NCBI GenBank assembly: GCA_045586685.1
Contig: JAZNAU010000002.1
Coordinates: 1-64,000 of the forward strand
DNA: 64,000 nt
Source of the DNA: Clostridia bacterium
GTDB taxonomy: Bacteria; Bacillota; Clostridia; HGM11514
Reading direction: 5' to 3'
This document shows positions 50,121-59,332 of this stretch, piece by piece. A program made the position numbers and the translations under genes. Under the pieces are notes generated by a model that saw nothing but the letters and a program-made list of their open reading frames with translations, did no database searches and was not told where the DNA came from. Positions within the stretch are counted from its first letter, which is position 1. Every line of letters begins with the position of its first letter.

Positions 50121-51056
50121 ATGACGATACAACAATGTAAATATGTATTGGCTGTTACCAAAACGGGCTCATTTAACGAGGCTGCAAAACAGCTTTTTAT
50201 TGCACAGTCATCTTTATCAATAAGTATTAAATCATTAGAACAAGAATTGAACATAAAAATATTTGAACGTTGTGGAAATGGGGTTTATTTGACGGATGAG
50301 GGAGCAGAGTTTGTTAAATATGCAACACAAATTTGCGAAAATAATGATTTAATTGCAGAGAGATATAATGACAAAAATATTCAGCAAAAGCTTTATATTT
50401 CTACACAACACTATGATTTTATTGCAGATATATTTGGAAATTTTTTAAGAGAAATAAATAGTAATAGCTATCGTTTTTCAATAAGAGAGATTAAAACACA
50501 TAGTGTTATTCATGATGTGGAAACAGCTCGTTGCGATATAGGTGTAATTGCAATTAAAGATTGTGATTATGAAATAATGAAGCGATATCTTGGTAAAAGA
50601 AAATTATTATTTACACCTGTTTTAGAGGCAACTCCCCATGTCTTTTTTAGAAAAGACCATCCTTTGGCGAAATGTGAAAAAATAAACATTTCCGAGTTGA
50701 AAGATTATCCATATGTATCATACGAACAAGGGGAACATAATAGCTCCGTTTTTACGGAGGAGTTAATGAATGTTTTTTATATTGATAAACATATTGAGAT
50801 AAGCGATAGAGCTACACTTATGAATGTTCTTATGTTAACTGATTCATACACAATCGGAACAGGGTTAATGCCATCTGCATTAAATAAAGGGGATATTATT
50901 AGTGTTCCTTTTGAAAACCAGGGATATTATATCATAGGATATCTTTTAAATACGGAACGAAAAATTTCTGATATTATGAAGAAATTTATAAGTTTAATGG
51001 AAGTAACACTAAAAAAATTGTATAAAGGAGGAAAAAATGATGAAAGCACTTGTTAA
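50121..51056 (+). CDS. LysR family regulator
   Basis: [24 protein letters not shown]...IFER. Confidence 0.93.
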   Translation: MTIQQCKYVLAVTKTGSFNEAAKQLFIAQSSLSISIKSLEQELNIKIFERCGNGVYLTDEGAEFVKYATQICENNDLIAERYNDKNIQQKLYISTQHYDFIADIFGNFLREINSNSYRFSIREIKTHSVIHDVETARCDIGVIAIKDCDYEIMKRYLGKRKLLFTPVLEATPHVFFRKDHPLAKCEKINISELKDYPYVSYEQGEHNSSVFTEELMNVFYIDKHIEISDRATLMNVLMLTDSYTIGTGLMPSALNKGDIISVPFENQGYYIIGYLLNTERKISDIMKKFISLMEVTLKKLYKGGKNDESTC

Positions 51057-52074
51057 AAAAAATCCGGGAAAGGGATTGTGTTTTGAAGATGTTCCAGAAC
51101 CGATAACCGGGCTCAATGATGTTAAAATTAAAATTCATAAAACTGCAATTTGCGGAACGGATTTACATATATATAATTGGGACGAATGGTCACAAAAGAC
51201 GATACAAACTCCCCAAGTGATAGGTCACGAATACGTTGGAGAGATTGTTGAAGTCGGACAAAATGTACACAACTGGAAAATAGGAGATATTGTTTCCGGA
51301 GAAGGGCATATTGTATGCGGAAAATGCAGAAATTGTCTCGCAGGCAATGGGCACTTGTGTAAGGAAACGATTGGTGTCGGAGTAAACCGTGATGGCGCTT
51401 TTGCACAGTATCTTGTTATTCCACAGGAAAATGTAAGAAGATGTGAAAAAGATATTTCTGAAGAAATGTATGCTATCTTTGACCCGTTTGGAAATGCTGT
51501 TCATACGGCACTTTCTTTTGAACTTACCGGAGAGGATGTTTTAATTACAGGAGCAGGACCAATTGGCATTATGGCTGCTGCAGTTTGTAAGCATGTTGGG
51601 GCAAGGAGAGTTGTAATTACTGATATAAATGATGATAGACTTGAACTTGCGAAAAAACTGGGTATACAATACACAGTCAATACATCAAAAGAAGAACTTT
51701 CCGACATTATGGAACAATTATCTATTAAAGAGGGATTTGATGTTGGACTTGAAATGTCAGGTAGTGAGATAGCACTTAATAATATGATAGACCATATGAT
51801 GCATGGTGGTAAAATTGCATTGCTTGGTATTTTGAAAAGTGATAGTAAAGTTGACTGGGAAAAAATCATATTTAATGGCCTGATCATAAAAGGTATATAT
51901 GGTAGGGAAATGCATGAAACATGGTACAAAATGTCTGCAATGCTTCAGGGTGGACTTGATATTTCAAATATAATTACACATCGTATGGATATTACGGAAT
52001 ACGAAAAGGGATTTGAAGCAATGAATAGTGGAAAAAGCGGAAAGGTTATTCTTGACTGGACTTCACTTAATTAG
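51037..52074 (+). CDS. tdh: L-threonine 3-dehydrogenase
   Basis: [37 protein letters not shown]. Confidence 0.96.
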   Translation: MMKALVKKNPGKGLCFEDVPEPITGLNDVKIKIHKTAICGTDLHIYNWDEWSQKTIQTPQVIGHEYVGEIVEVGQNVHNWKIGDIVSGEGHIVCGKCRNCLAGNGHLCKETIGVGVNRDGAFAQYLVIPQENVRRCEKDISEEMYAIFDPFGNAVHTALSFELTGEDVLITGAGPIGIMAAAVCKHVGARRVVITDINDDRLELAKKLGIQYTVNTSKEELSDIMEQLSIKEGFDVGLEMSGSEIALNNMIDHMMHGGKIALLGILKSDSKVDWEKIIFNGLIIKGIYGREMHETWYKMSAMLQGGLDISNIITHRMDITEYEKGFEAMNSGKSGKVILDWTSLN

Positions 52075-52085
52075 GAGGATATGTA

Positions 52086-53291
52086 ATGAAATCAGCATTA
52101 AAATTTTTTAAAGAAACGTGTGAAATAATAGAAAAAGAAGGACTTACAAAAAATGAGAAGGTTATTACTTCGCCTCAGGGAGCAAAGGTTATGCTCGAAG
52201 GCGGAAAAAAAGTTATCAATATGTGTGCCAATAATTATCTTGGGTTGGCAAACAATAAAGATGTTATTGATGCGGTAAAGGATAGTTACGATGATTATGG
52301 ATACGGACTTTCATCTGTTAGGTTTATTTGTGGAACTCAGAAATTACATAAGAATTTGGAGAAAAAGTTAAGCAGTTTTTTAGGAACAGAGGATACAATC
52401 CTTTACTCATCATGCTTTGATGCAAATGGCGGACTTTTTGAAACCTTACTTAGCGGTGAGGATGCTGTAATCAGTGACGAGCTTAACCATGCAAGTATAA
52501 TAGATGGTATCAGACTTTGTAAGGCACAAAGATTTCGTTATAAAAACAATAATATGGAAGATTTGCGTGCGAAACTTGAAGAAGCTAAAGATTGCCGTAT
52601 AAAACTTATTGCAACTGACGGAGTATTTTCGATGGATGGTATTGTTGCGGACCTGAAAAGCATCTGCGATCTTGCTGATGAATATGATGCACTTGTTATG
52701 GTTGATGATAGCCATGCGGCAGGCTTTATGGGAGAAACAGGCAGAGGCACACCTGAATATTGCGGTGTAAGCGGTAGAGTTGATATCATAACAGGAACTT
52801 TTGGTAAAGCATTGGGGGGTGCATCAGGTGGTTTTACTTCAGGCAGAAAAGAAATCATAGACTTACTTCGCCAGCGCTCAAGACCATATTTGTTTTCAAA
52901 TACACTTGCTCCGGCGGTTGCAGCAGGCTCTTTGAAAGTATTGGATATGCTTGAAAATGACCTTAGTATGCGCGAAAGACTATTTGAGAATACAAAACTT
53001 TTTGCTGAAAAAATTAAAGAAATAGGGCTTGACGTAATGGACGGAGGAACTCCTATTATACCTGTTATGCTCTACGATGAACATAAGGCGGTAGAAATGG
53101 CAAGCCGAATGATGGAAAAAGGTGTTTATGTGGTTGCTTTTTCTTATCCGGTTGTGCCAAAAGGTAAGGCAAGAATAAGAACGCAAATCTCAGCAGCGCT
53201 TAGTAAAGATGATATTTTGTATATAGTTGAGTGCTTTAAACAGGTGAAAGAGGAAATGGCGGATTTTTATAATGGGATTGAAAATGACTGA
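52086..53291 (+). CDS. kbl: Glycine C-acetyltransferase (2-amino-3-ketobutyrate CoA ligase)
   Basis: [41 protein letters not shown]. Confidence 0.96.
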   Translation: MKSALKFFKETCEIIEKEGLTKNEKVITSPQGAKVMLEGGKKVINMCANNYLGLANNKDVIDAVKDSYDDYGYGLSSVRFICGTQKLHKNLEKKLSSFLGTEDTILYSSCFDANGGLFETLLSGEDAVISDELNHASIIDGIRLCKAQRFRYKNNNMEDLRAKLEEAKDCRIKLIATDGVFSMDGIVADLKSICDLADEYDALVMVDDSHAAGFMGETGRGTPEYCGVSGRVDIITGTFGKALGGASGGFTSGRKEIIDLLRQRSRPYLFSNTLAPAVAAGSLKVLDMLENDLSMRERLFENTKLFAEKIKEIGLDVMDGGTPIIPVMLYDEHKAVEMASRMMEKGVYVVAFSYPVVPKGKARIRTQISAALSKDDILYIVECFKQVKEEMADFYNGIEND

Positions 53292-53405
53292 GAGCCTACA
53301 ATAAGCGGAAGAGAAACGCTGAAGATTCAAAAGGTAATTTTTAATACCTATAAAGAAGGAACCAAAAATTTTGAAAGAAATGAAATATTTAAAAAATTTA
53401 AATGA
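53256..53405 (+). pseudogene. 3' remnant of Gfo/Idh/MocA-like oxidoreductase fused to kbl end
   Basis: In-frame through TGA: [31 protein letters not shown], resembling oxidoreductase C-terminal helices. Confidence 0.45.
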
Positions 53406-53440
53406 CAATCCCATATAGGGTTGTCATTTTTCTTTTTTTA
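53399..53440 (+). terminator. Intrinsic terminator
   Basis: AATGACAATCC / GGGTTGTCATT + T-run; 3' arm also supplies TTGTCA -35 of next promoter. Confidence 0.8.
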
Positions 53441-53591
53441 TGATATAATGAGTTTGCAGAGCAAACTTAATGAATTATCCTTCATTAAAATCAAACCGAA
53501 TGTGGCAAAGAGAATAAATAATTTATTATTTTTGGAGAGGTACATATAGTGAAAAAAATTTATTTTTTCATTTAGGAAAGGAAAAAAGAAA

Positions 53592-54638
53592 ATGGCAGAT
53601 GTTTCAAAATTTGATAGCAATTTTAAAGTTGAAACCGAAATAGACAAAAAGGATATTAAGTTTTACAATGTTGATGAGGCACCATTTAAGATTTATGGAA
53701 TTTTTAAGGAAAACGGAAAATACAGGCGTATGCCTGAAAGTGTTGCAAAAAATGCAAGTGTTCGTGTAGCTTTTTTTCATGCAAATACTGCAGGGGGCAG
53801 AGTCAGTTTTATCACTGACAGCCCTTATGTGGCCATTCATACTAAAATGGATGGTTTGGGGAAAATGCCTCATTTCGCATTGACCGGTTCTATAGGATTT
53901 GATTTGTATGCAGATAATCAATATGTGAAATCTTTTGTTCCTCCGTTTAATATAGAAGACGGTTATGAAGGGATTATAGAATTTACAGAAATGAAACAAA
54001 GACAAATAATAGTTAATTTTCCTCTGTATTCCAATGTAAATGAGCTTTATATTGGATTAAAAGAGGGGTCATTATTGAAGGAGGCTAAGCCTTATAAAAA
54101 CAAAAAACCTATTGTATATTATGGTTCTTCCGTTACACAAGGCGGATGTGCATCAAGACCGGGAATGACTTATGAGGCGATTATTTCCAGAACCTTTAAT
54201 TATGACTACATTAATCTTGGTTTTTCAGGGGGTGCACGGGGAGAAGACGAGATGGCGGAATATATCAAAAACTTAAATATGTCTCTGTTTGTTTATGATT
54301 ATGATTATAACGCCCCCGCTGTTGAACATCTTGAAAAAACTCATGAAAAAATGTTTCAAGCTATCAGGGAAAAACAACCGCTTTTGCCTGTAATCATGAT
54401 GTCTCGCCCAAAGTATTATTTAGATGAGGATGAAAAAAAGAGAAGACGCATTGTTGAAACAACATATCGTAACGCGGTTTTGGCGGGTGATAAAAATGTA
54501 TATTTTATTGACGGAGAGGCACTAACCGAACTTTGCAAGGATTCTGGCACCGTAGACGGTTGTCACCCAACGGATTTTGGGTTCGTTTCTATGGCTAAGG
54601 CGTTGGAAGATGTTATGAAAAAAATTAACTGCATATAA
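53592..54638 (+). CDS. SGNH/GDSL hydrolase with N-terminal GxDLY domain
   Basis: GFDLY, YGSSVTQG, NLGFSG, DGCHP. Confidence 0.88.
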   Translation: MADVSKFDSNFKVETEIDKKDIKFYNVDEAPFKIYGIFKENGKYRRMPESVAKNASVRVAFFHANTAGGRVSFITDSPYVAIHTKMDGLGKMPHFALTGSIGFDLYADNQYVKSFVPPFNIEDGYEGIIEFTEMKQRQIIVNFPLYSNVNELYIGLKEGSLLKEAKPYKNKKPIVYYGSSVTQGGCASRPGMTYEAIISRTFNYDYINLGFSGGARGEDEMAEYIKNLNMSLFVYDYDYNAPAVEHLEKTHEKMFQAIREKQPLLPVIMMSRPKYYLDEDEKKRRRIVETTYRNAVLAGDKNVYFIDGEALTELCKDSGTVDGCHPTDFGFVSMAKALEDVMKKINCI

Positions 54639-54663
54639 AATGATAAAGAGAAGGAGAATATTT

Positions 54664-55626
54664 ATGAATCAGTACATAGGAAATACTGCACAGATTTTTG
54701 GAGTGGAGGAAATGAGACTTACCGGAGGCAAAGGCGACGGTATGCGCATGCTATATGTAAGAAACGGGAAAGGACTGGAGTTCTGGGTTTCCCTGGACCG
54801 TTGTGCAGACATTACAAGACTCAGCTTAAATGGTTCCAATTTTAGTTTTATTTCTGCTTGCGGATATGTTTCTCCCAATTACTATGATGACGAAGGGGTT
54901 GGATTTTTAAAATCCTTTACTGCCGGATTTTGCACCACATGCGGACTCACGGCGGTGGGAAGTCCTTGCATTGACAATGGGGAGCAACTTCCCCTTCACG
55001 GAACTATATCCAATACGCCTTGTGAAAGTTTTTCATACCAAATTGACGATCATAACATTTATATCAGGGCAACAATACGAGATGCACATGTCTTTGGGCA
55101 CAAGCTTGTACTTGAAAGAGAATATGTAGTGTCTCTTGATGAAAACACATTTACAATGACTGATACTGTTAAAAATATAGGGTCAAAGGAAACACCCTAT
55201 GAAATTTTGTATCACTGCAATATGGGCTATCCTCTTTTGTGTGAAGATACTGAACTGAAAATTCCGTCAATGGAAGTCATTCCCCGAAATGAACATGCTC
55301 GTACGGGACTTAATGACTATTTAAAGGTAGAGCGTCCTCAAGCCGATTATGAAGAAATGTGTTTTTATCATACGCTTCCGGAAAAGGCAGAAGTCAGCAT
55401 CTATAATCCCAACATTCAAAAAGGGATGAAAATGAGTTTCAATACAAATGAGCTGAAATGCTTTACTCAATGGAAAATGATGGGAGAATATGACTATGTA
55501 ATGGGGCTTGAACCGGGAAACTGCACTCCTGATGGCAGGGATGTAATGCGGGAGAAGGGAATGCTTGAATTTATAAAACCGGGAGAGTCAAAAAGACAGA
55601 CATTGAAATTTGAATTTATTGGCTGA
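54664..55626 (+). CDS. Aldose 1-epimerase-like protein (DUF4432)
   Basis: TTCGL..VG.P, LHG, LYHCNMG, GLEPG; AAGGAG RBS. Confidence 0.85.
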   Translation: MNQYIGNTAQIFGVEEMRLTGGKGDGMRMLYVRNGKGLEFWVSLDRCADITRLSLNGSNFSFISACGYVSPNYYDDEGVGFLKSFTAGFCTTCGLTAVGSPCIDNGEQLPLHGTISNTPCESFSYQIDDHNIYIRATIRDAHVFGHKLVLEREYVVSLDENTFTMTDTVKNIGSKETPYEILYHCNMGYPLLCEDTELKIPSMEVIPRNEHARTGLNDYLKVERPQADYEEMCFYHTLPEKAEVSIYNPNIQKGMKMSFNTNELKCFTQWKMMGEYDYVMGLEPGNCTPDGRDVMREKGMLEFIKPGESKRQTLKFEFIG

Positions 55627-55649
55627 CAAAACCATGAAAAGGTGGTATC

Positions 55650-57683
55650 ATGAAAGAGAAACGATGGAAATGGTTTCCCCTTTTGGGAGCATTGCTGGTA
55701 TTTTTGCTGTCGACGGTAGTATTAACCAAAGATACCGGACTTGCCAACAACGGGGATTTTTACCGTGTTATGAAGGTGAATCGGATTTCGTTTTCTGACG
55801 ATACGAATCAAGCATGGCAATACCAATCAGATTATGTAATGGAGCTGGAGGGACAAGGGTTTTTTGAACAACTGGCTTCTACCTTTTCTGTTGCACAGGA
55901 GGAATTATACGATTCTCCTCAGTTTGTGTTGGTCAAAATGGCAAAGAGTATCAATTTTTTTATCAATTCTGTTACAAAAGCCCCCCTCGAAACCTTTCGG
56001 ATTGAGATATTAAGCGGAATTTATTTGGCTTTGTTTGCTTTTGGTGCATGGGGGATTTTGTCCTTTTTCCAACAGTGGAGAACAAGGCTTTGCGCCTTGT
56101 TTTTGCTTTTGTTTATTTTTTGTGATATGGGGTATCTGCTGTATTTGCACTCCTTTTATGGAGAAGCATTACAGTTTGTTTGCATGATGATTTTAATTGG
56201 GGCATTGCTACACTTAACCCAAAAACCGTCAGCTGGATGGTTTTTTATGTTGCTTATTACCCTCTATTTTTTAGCAGGCGCCAAGCTTGCAAACATTCCG
56301 TACGCCCTTTGTATTTTGGGTGCGGGTATGTTGTTGGTGAGAAAAAGAAAATGGCTGTTTTTTCCCGCGTTGGTAACAGGAAGTTTGATTGTTATGCTTC
56401 TTGGTTCCATTCCCGATTGGATGAACCATGATACTACTTACCAATCCGTTTTTTTCGGAATTTTAAAAGAAAGTCCTACTCCCGAGAAGGATGTGGCGGA
56501 ATTAAGATTGCCCGCAGAATATACGGTGCTTCAGAATACCCATGCCTATTTTGAGGAATATCCCATTGATATTACATCAGAAAAATTTCAAACCCAATTT
56601 TTTAACCAAATTGGGAAAACAGACGTGGTTTTATTTTACTTAAAGCATCCGGTTCGATTTATTCAAAAGCTGTCACGGGCCATTTCTTACAGCGGTTCCA
56701 TCCGCCCTCCCTCTTTGGCAAACAGTGGTTCGGAGCGGATGGGAATGACAAGCCGTTACAGTCTGTGGAGCAATTTTAGGCTCCGTACGAAGGTGTTATA
56801 TACGCCTTGGGTCGTATGGATATTATTGATTGGAATGGGTCTTGGGGTAGTTTGTTGGTTAGGTTTTTGCTTGAAGCAAAAACAGCTTTATCCCGGATTT
56901 CTTTTATTCTCGTTGTTGTTTGTGGGCTTGGGTGTTAATCTGATACTGCCTATTGCGGGAAATGGTGAGGCGGATTTGGCAAAGCATCTGTTCTTTATGA
57001 TTCATTTAATGGATATTACAGTTTCTGTAGGTGCAATGGTTTTCGTTTATCAGGCACCGAAGTGGAAATGGAAAGCACTCCTTCCGATTGGAGCAGCAGT
57101 TTTACTTTGTTTGATATGCAATCGTTCGTTTTTTGGAAAAACCGTTTTCTTTGGCGGATATGAATGGACGGTGCTGAAGGAAACTGACACTTCAAAAACG
57201 TTGGTTTGTAACGAAATTACAGAAGTCCTTCCTTTTGATAAAGAGGGAGAATACGGGCAGAATTTATGGGAAATCAGTCAGCTTCGAACTTATTTAAATA
57301 CAGAATTTTTGTCGGAGGATGATTACGAAAAGTTACTTCCAATGACTTATCAAGTTTGTCTGAGCAGTTCTTTTCGGGACAAGGCAGAACAAGGCTGGCA
57401 TAGTATGATTTGGACGCATGAGCCAAATACAGTTGCCTCCCTTTGGCGGGATGCCTGGCGGATGAAGGTAACAGATAAAGTTACTTTGCTAACCTTACCT
57501 CAATACGAGGAGGGAGGGTTTCAAAGAGCTTTGGGTCAGAATTATTGGTTAGCGGACCCTTACGGAAACAATGATTCTATGGTACGATATGCAGATAAAT
57601 TCGGGCAGGTACTCCATCGGGATGCCAATCAGCCAACAGGTGTCCGTCCGGTGATTACTGTCAAAAATAAATTTTTAAATTAA
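55650..57683 (+). CDS. WsfD-like polytopic glycosyltransferase with C-terminal DUF6273-like domain
   Basis: GLANNGDFYR, D.GY..Y..SFYGE, GEADLAKHLF; tail FGGYEWTVL...W..S.LRTYLN..F...YWL...GVRPVI. Confidence 0.6.
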   Translation: MKEKRWKWFPLLGALLVFLLSTVVLTKDTGLANNGDFYRVMKVNRISFSDDTNQAWQYQSDYVMELEGQGFFEQLASTFSVAQEELYDSPQFVLVKMAKSINFFINSVTKAPLETFRIEILSGIYLALFAFGAWGILSFFQQWRTRLCALFLLLFIFCDMGYLLYLHSFYGEALQFVCMMILIGALLHLTQKPSAGWFFMLLITLYFLAGAKLANIPYALCILGAGMLLVRKRKWLFFPALVTGSLIVMLLGSIPDWMNHDTTYQSVFFGILKESPTPEKDVAELRLPAEYTVLQNTHAYFEEYPIDITSEKFQTQFFNQIGKTDVVLFYLKHPVRFIQKLSRAISYSGSIRPPSLANSGSERMGMTSRYSLWSNFRLRTKVLYTPWVVWILLIGMGLGVVCWLGFCLKQKQLYPGFLLFSLLFVGLGVNLILPIAGNGEADLAKHLFFMIHLMDITVSVGAMVFVYQAPKWKWKALLPIGAAVLLCLICNRSFFGKTVFFGGYEWTVLKETDTSKTLVCNEITEVLPFDKEGEYGQNLWEISQLRTYLNTEFLSEDDYEKLLPMTYQVCLSSSFRDKAEQGWHSMIWTHEPNTVASLWRDAWRMKVTDKVTLLTLPQYEEGGFQRALGQNYWLADPYGNNDSMVRYADKFGQVLHRDANQPTGVRPVITVKNKFLN

Positions 57684-57686
57684 ACC

Positions 57687-57715
57687 TTGACTTTTTTCAT
57701 ATGCTATGATATAAT
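57687..57715 (+). promoter_or_regulatory. SigA promoter of tRNA-Leu
   Basis: TTGACT-17-TATAAT with extended TG. Confidence 0.75.
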
Positions 57716-57790
57716 CTGTTCTTGGATGACAAAAGAAGTTCTGCTTTCGCCATCTTGGCGAAACGGAACTCTTTTCATGTGTGGTGATAA

Positions 57791-57874
57791 GCGGGCGTGG
57801 CGGAATTGGCAGACGCGCCAGATTTAGGTTCTGGTGTCTACGACGTGGGGGTTCAAATCCCTTCGCCCGCACCA
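57791..57874 (+). tRNA. tRNA-Leu (anticodon TAG)
   Basis: Acceptor GCGGGCG/CGCCCGC-ACCA, D-loop GGAATTGGCAGAC, CCAGA-TTTAGGT-TCTGG, long variable arm, GGTTCAAATCC. Confidence 0.97.
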
Positions 57875-57877
57875 ATC

Positions 57878-57910
57878 AAAAGGCAGATTTCTGTCCGAAT
57901 CTGTCTTTTT
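57878..57910 (+). terminator. Terminator after tRNA
   Basis: AGGCAGATT / AATCTGTCT + T-run. Confidence 0.7.
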
Positions 57911-57941
57911 CCATGAAATTATTTAAGAAAGAGATGTTTTT

Positions 57942-59243
57942 ATGAGTACACTTTTATCTGTTTCCATTGCTTTGCTTGCAGGCTTAATTATGACAAGAGT
58001 ATTTAAGCCCTTGAAGCTACCCTCTGTAACGGCATATCTGATTGCCGGTGTCCTGATCGGTCCCTATTGTATCGGTGCATTACACATTGACGGTCTGGGA
58101 TTTACTTCGTCAGAAGCGGTAAGCAAATTATCCTTAATTTCCGAAGTGGCACTGGGCTTTATTGCCTTCTCTATCGGAAACGAATTTAGACTGGATGACC
58201 TAAAAAAAACAGGAAAGCAAGCTTCTGTCATTGGTGTTTTGCAGGCATTAACAGCCACTCTTTTTGTTGATTTGGCATTGGTGGCGGTTCACATGATGAT
58301 GCCGGACAAACTGACTGTTCCTCAGCTGATTACCTTGGGCGCTATTGCAACGGCAACGGCACCTGCTGCAACCTTAATGGTGGTTCGTCAGTATAAAGCA
58401 AAGGGACCGCTGACTGATTTACTCCTTCCTATTGTTGCATTGGATGATGCAGTGGGACTCATTGTATTTGCAGTGTCCTTTGGTATTGCAAAAACCTTGA
58501 TTGTAGGGCAGGTAGACATGATTTCAATTATCATCAATCCTTTGATTGAAATTGTTTGCTCTTTAGGGTTGGGTGCTATTATGGGCTGGATTTTGACCCA
58601 GTTGGAAAAATTATTTAATTCCAATACCAACCGTCTGAACTTAACCATAGCTTTTGTATTTTTAACAGTTTCTTTGTCCATGCTGGATTTCCATATCGGA
58701 TTGGTACACATTAGCTTTTCTTCTTTGCTGGTATGTATGATGCTGGGTACGGTTTTTTGTAATATTTGTTCTCTGTCTCACGATCTGATGGCGGGAGCAG
58801 ATAAGTGGACTTCTCCCTTGTTTGCGCTTTTCTTTGTTATCAGCGGTGCGGAATTGGAGTTGAATGTGTTTGCCGATATTGCCATTGTGGGAATCGGTTT
58901 GGTTTATATTATTTTCCGTTCCTTGGGTAAATATTGCGGAACCTTTGCCAGTGCAAAGTTGGTAAAATGCAAACCGAATATTTGTAAATATTTAGGGATT
59001 ACCTTGCTTCCTCAGGCGGGGGTTGCACTTGGAATGTGTGCCACTGCAATGCAATTAGGCGAACAAGGGAACCTAATTCGTAATATCACTTTGTTTGCGG
59101 TATTGATTTATGAAATCTTTGGTCCTCTGTTGACCAGACAGGCGTTGACGGCTGCAGGAGATATTAAACCTATGCCGGAAGAAGTGAAAATGCGTCGTCA
59201 GACCAAACTGGAAGATGCAAAGAGACAAAAAGAACAACAGTAA
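57942..59243 (+). CDS. Cation:proton antiporter (CPA2 family)
   Basis: LPSVTAYLIAGVLIGP, ATAPAAT, VALDDA, PQAGVA. Confidence 0.9.
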   Translation: MSTLLSVSIALLAGLIMTRVFKPLKLPSVTAYLIAGVLIGPYCIGALHIDGLGFTSSEAVSKLSLISEVALGFIAFSIGNEFRLDDLKKTGKQASVIGVLQALTATLFVDLALVAVHMMMPDKLTVPQLITLGAIATATAPAATLMVVRQYKAKGPLTDLLLPIVALDDAVGLIVFAVSFGIAKTLIVGQVDMISIIINPLIEIVCSLGLGAIMGWILTQLEKLFNSNTNRLNLTIAFVFLTVSLSMLDFHIGLVHISFSSLLVCMMLGTVFCNICSLSHDLMAGADKWTSPLFALFFVISGAELELNVFADIAIVGIGLVYIIFRSLGKYCGTFASAKLVKCKPNICKYLGITLLPQAGVALGMCATAMQLGEQGNLIRNITLFAVLIYEIFGPLLTRQALTAAGDIKPMPEEVKMRRQTKLEDAKRQKEQQ

Positions 59244-59247
59244 AATT

Positions 59248-59274
59248 CGGGGCGGTCTGATGACCGTCCCCTAC
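59248..59274 (-). repeat. GTAG-type REP-like palindrome
   Basis: Minus strand GTAGGGGACGGTC-ATCA-GACCGCCCCG. Confidence 0.5.
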
Positions 59275-59332
59275 ATATATTATAAGTCTTTTGGAACGTT
59301 ATTGGTAAGTGTCAGTTACAAAGGAGTAAAGT

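Noticed and set aside
53289-53291. TGA recoding (Sec or alternative code) at the kbl end
   Set aside because: TGA ends other intact genes here; position is outside the Kbl fold and no SECIS-like hairpin is evident
57850-57874. tRNA-Leu 3' end as an occupied integration site
   Set aside because: No duplicated tRNA end or integrase seen in the window
59244-59332. Fluoride riboswitch upstream of ClC (CTGATGAC...CTAC)
   Set aside because: The 5' GGnGATGG-type element and pseudoknot partner are missing; the motif is explained by the REP-like palindrome
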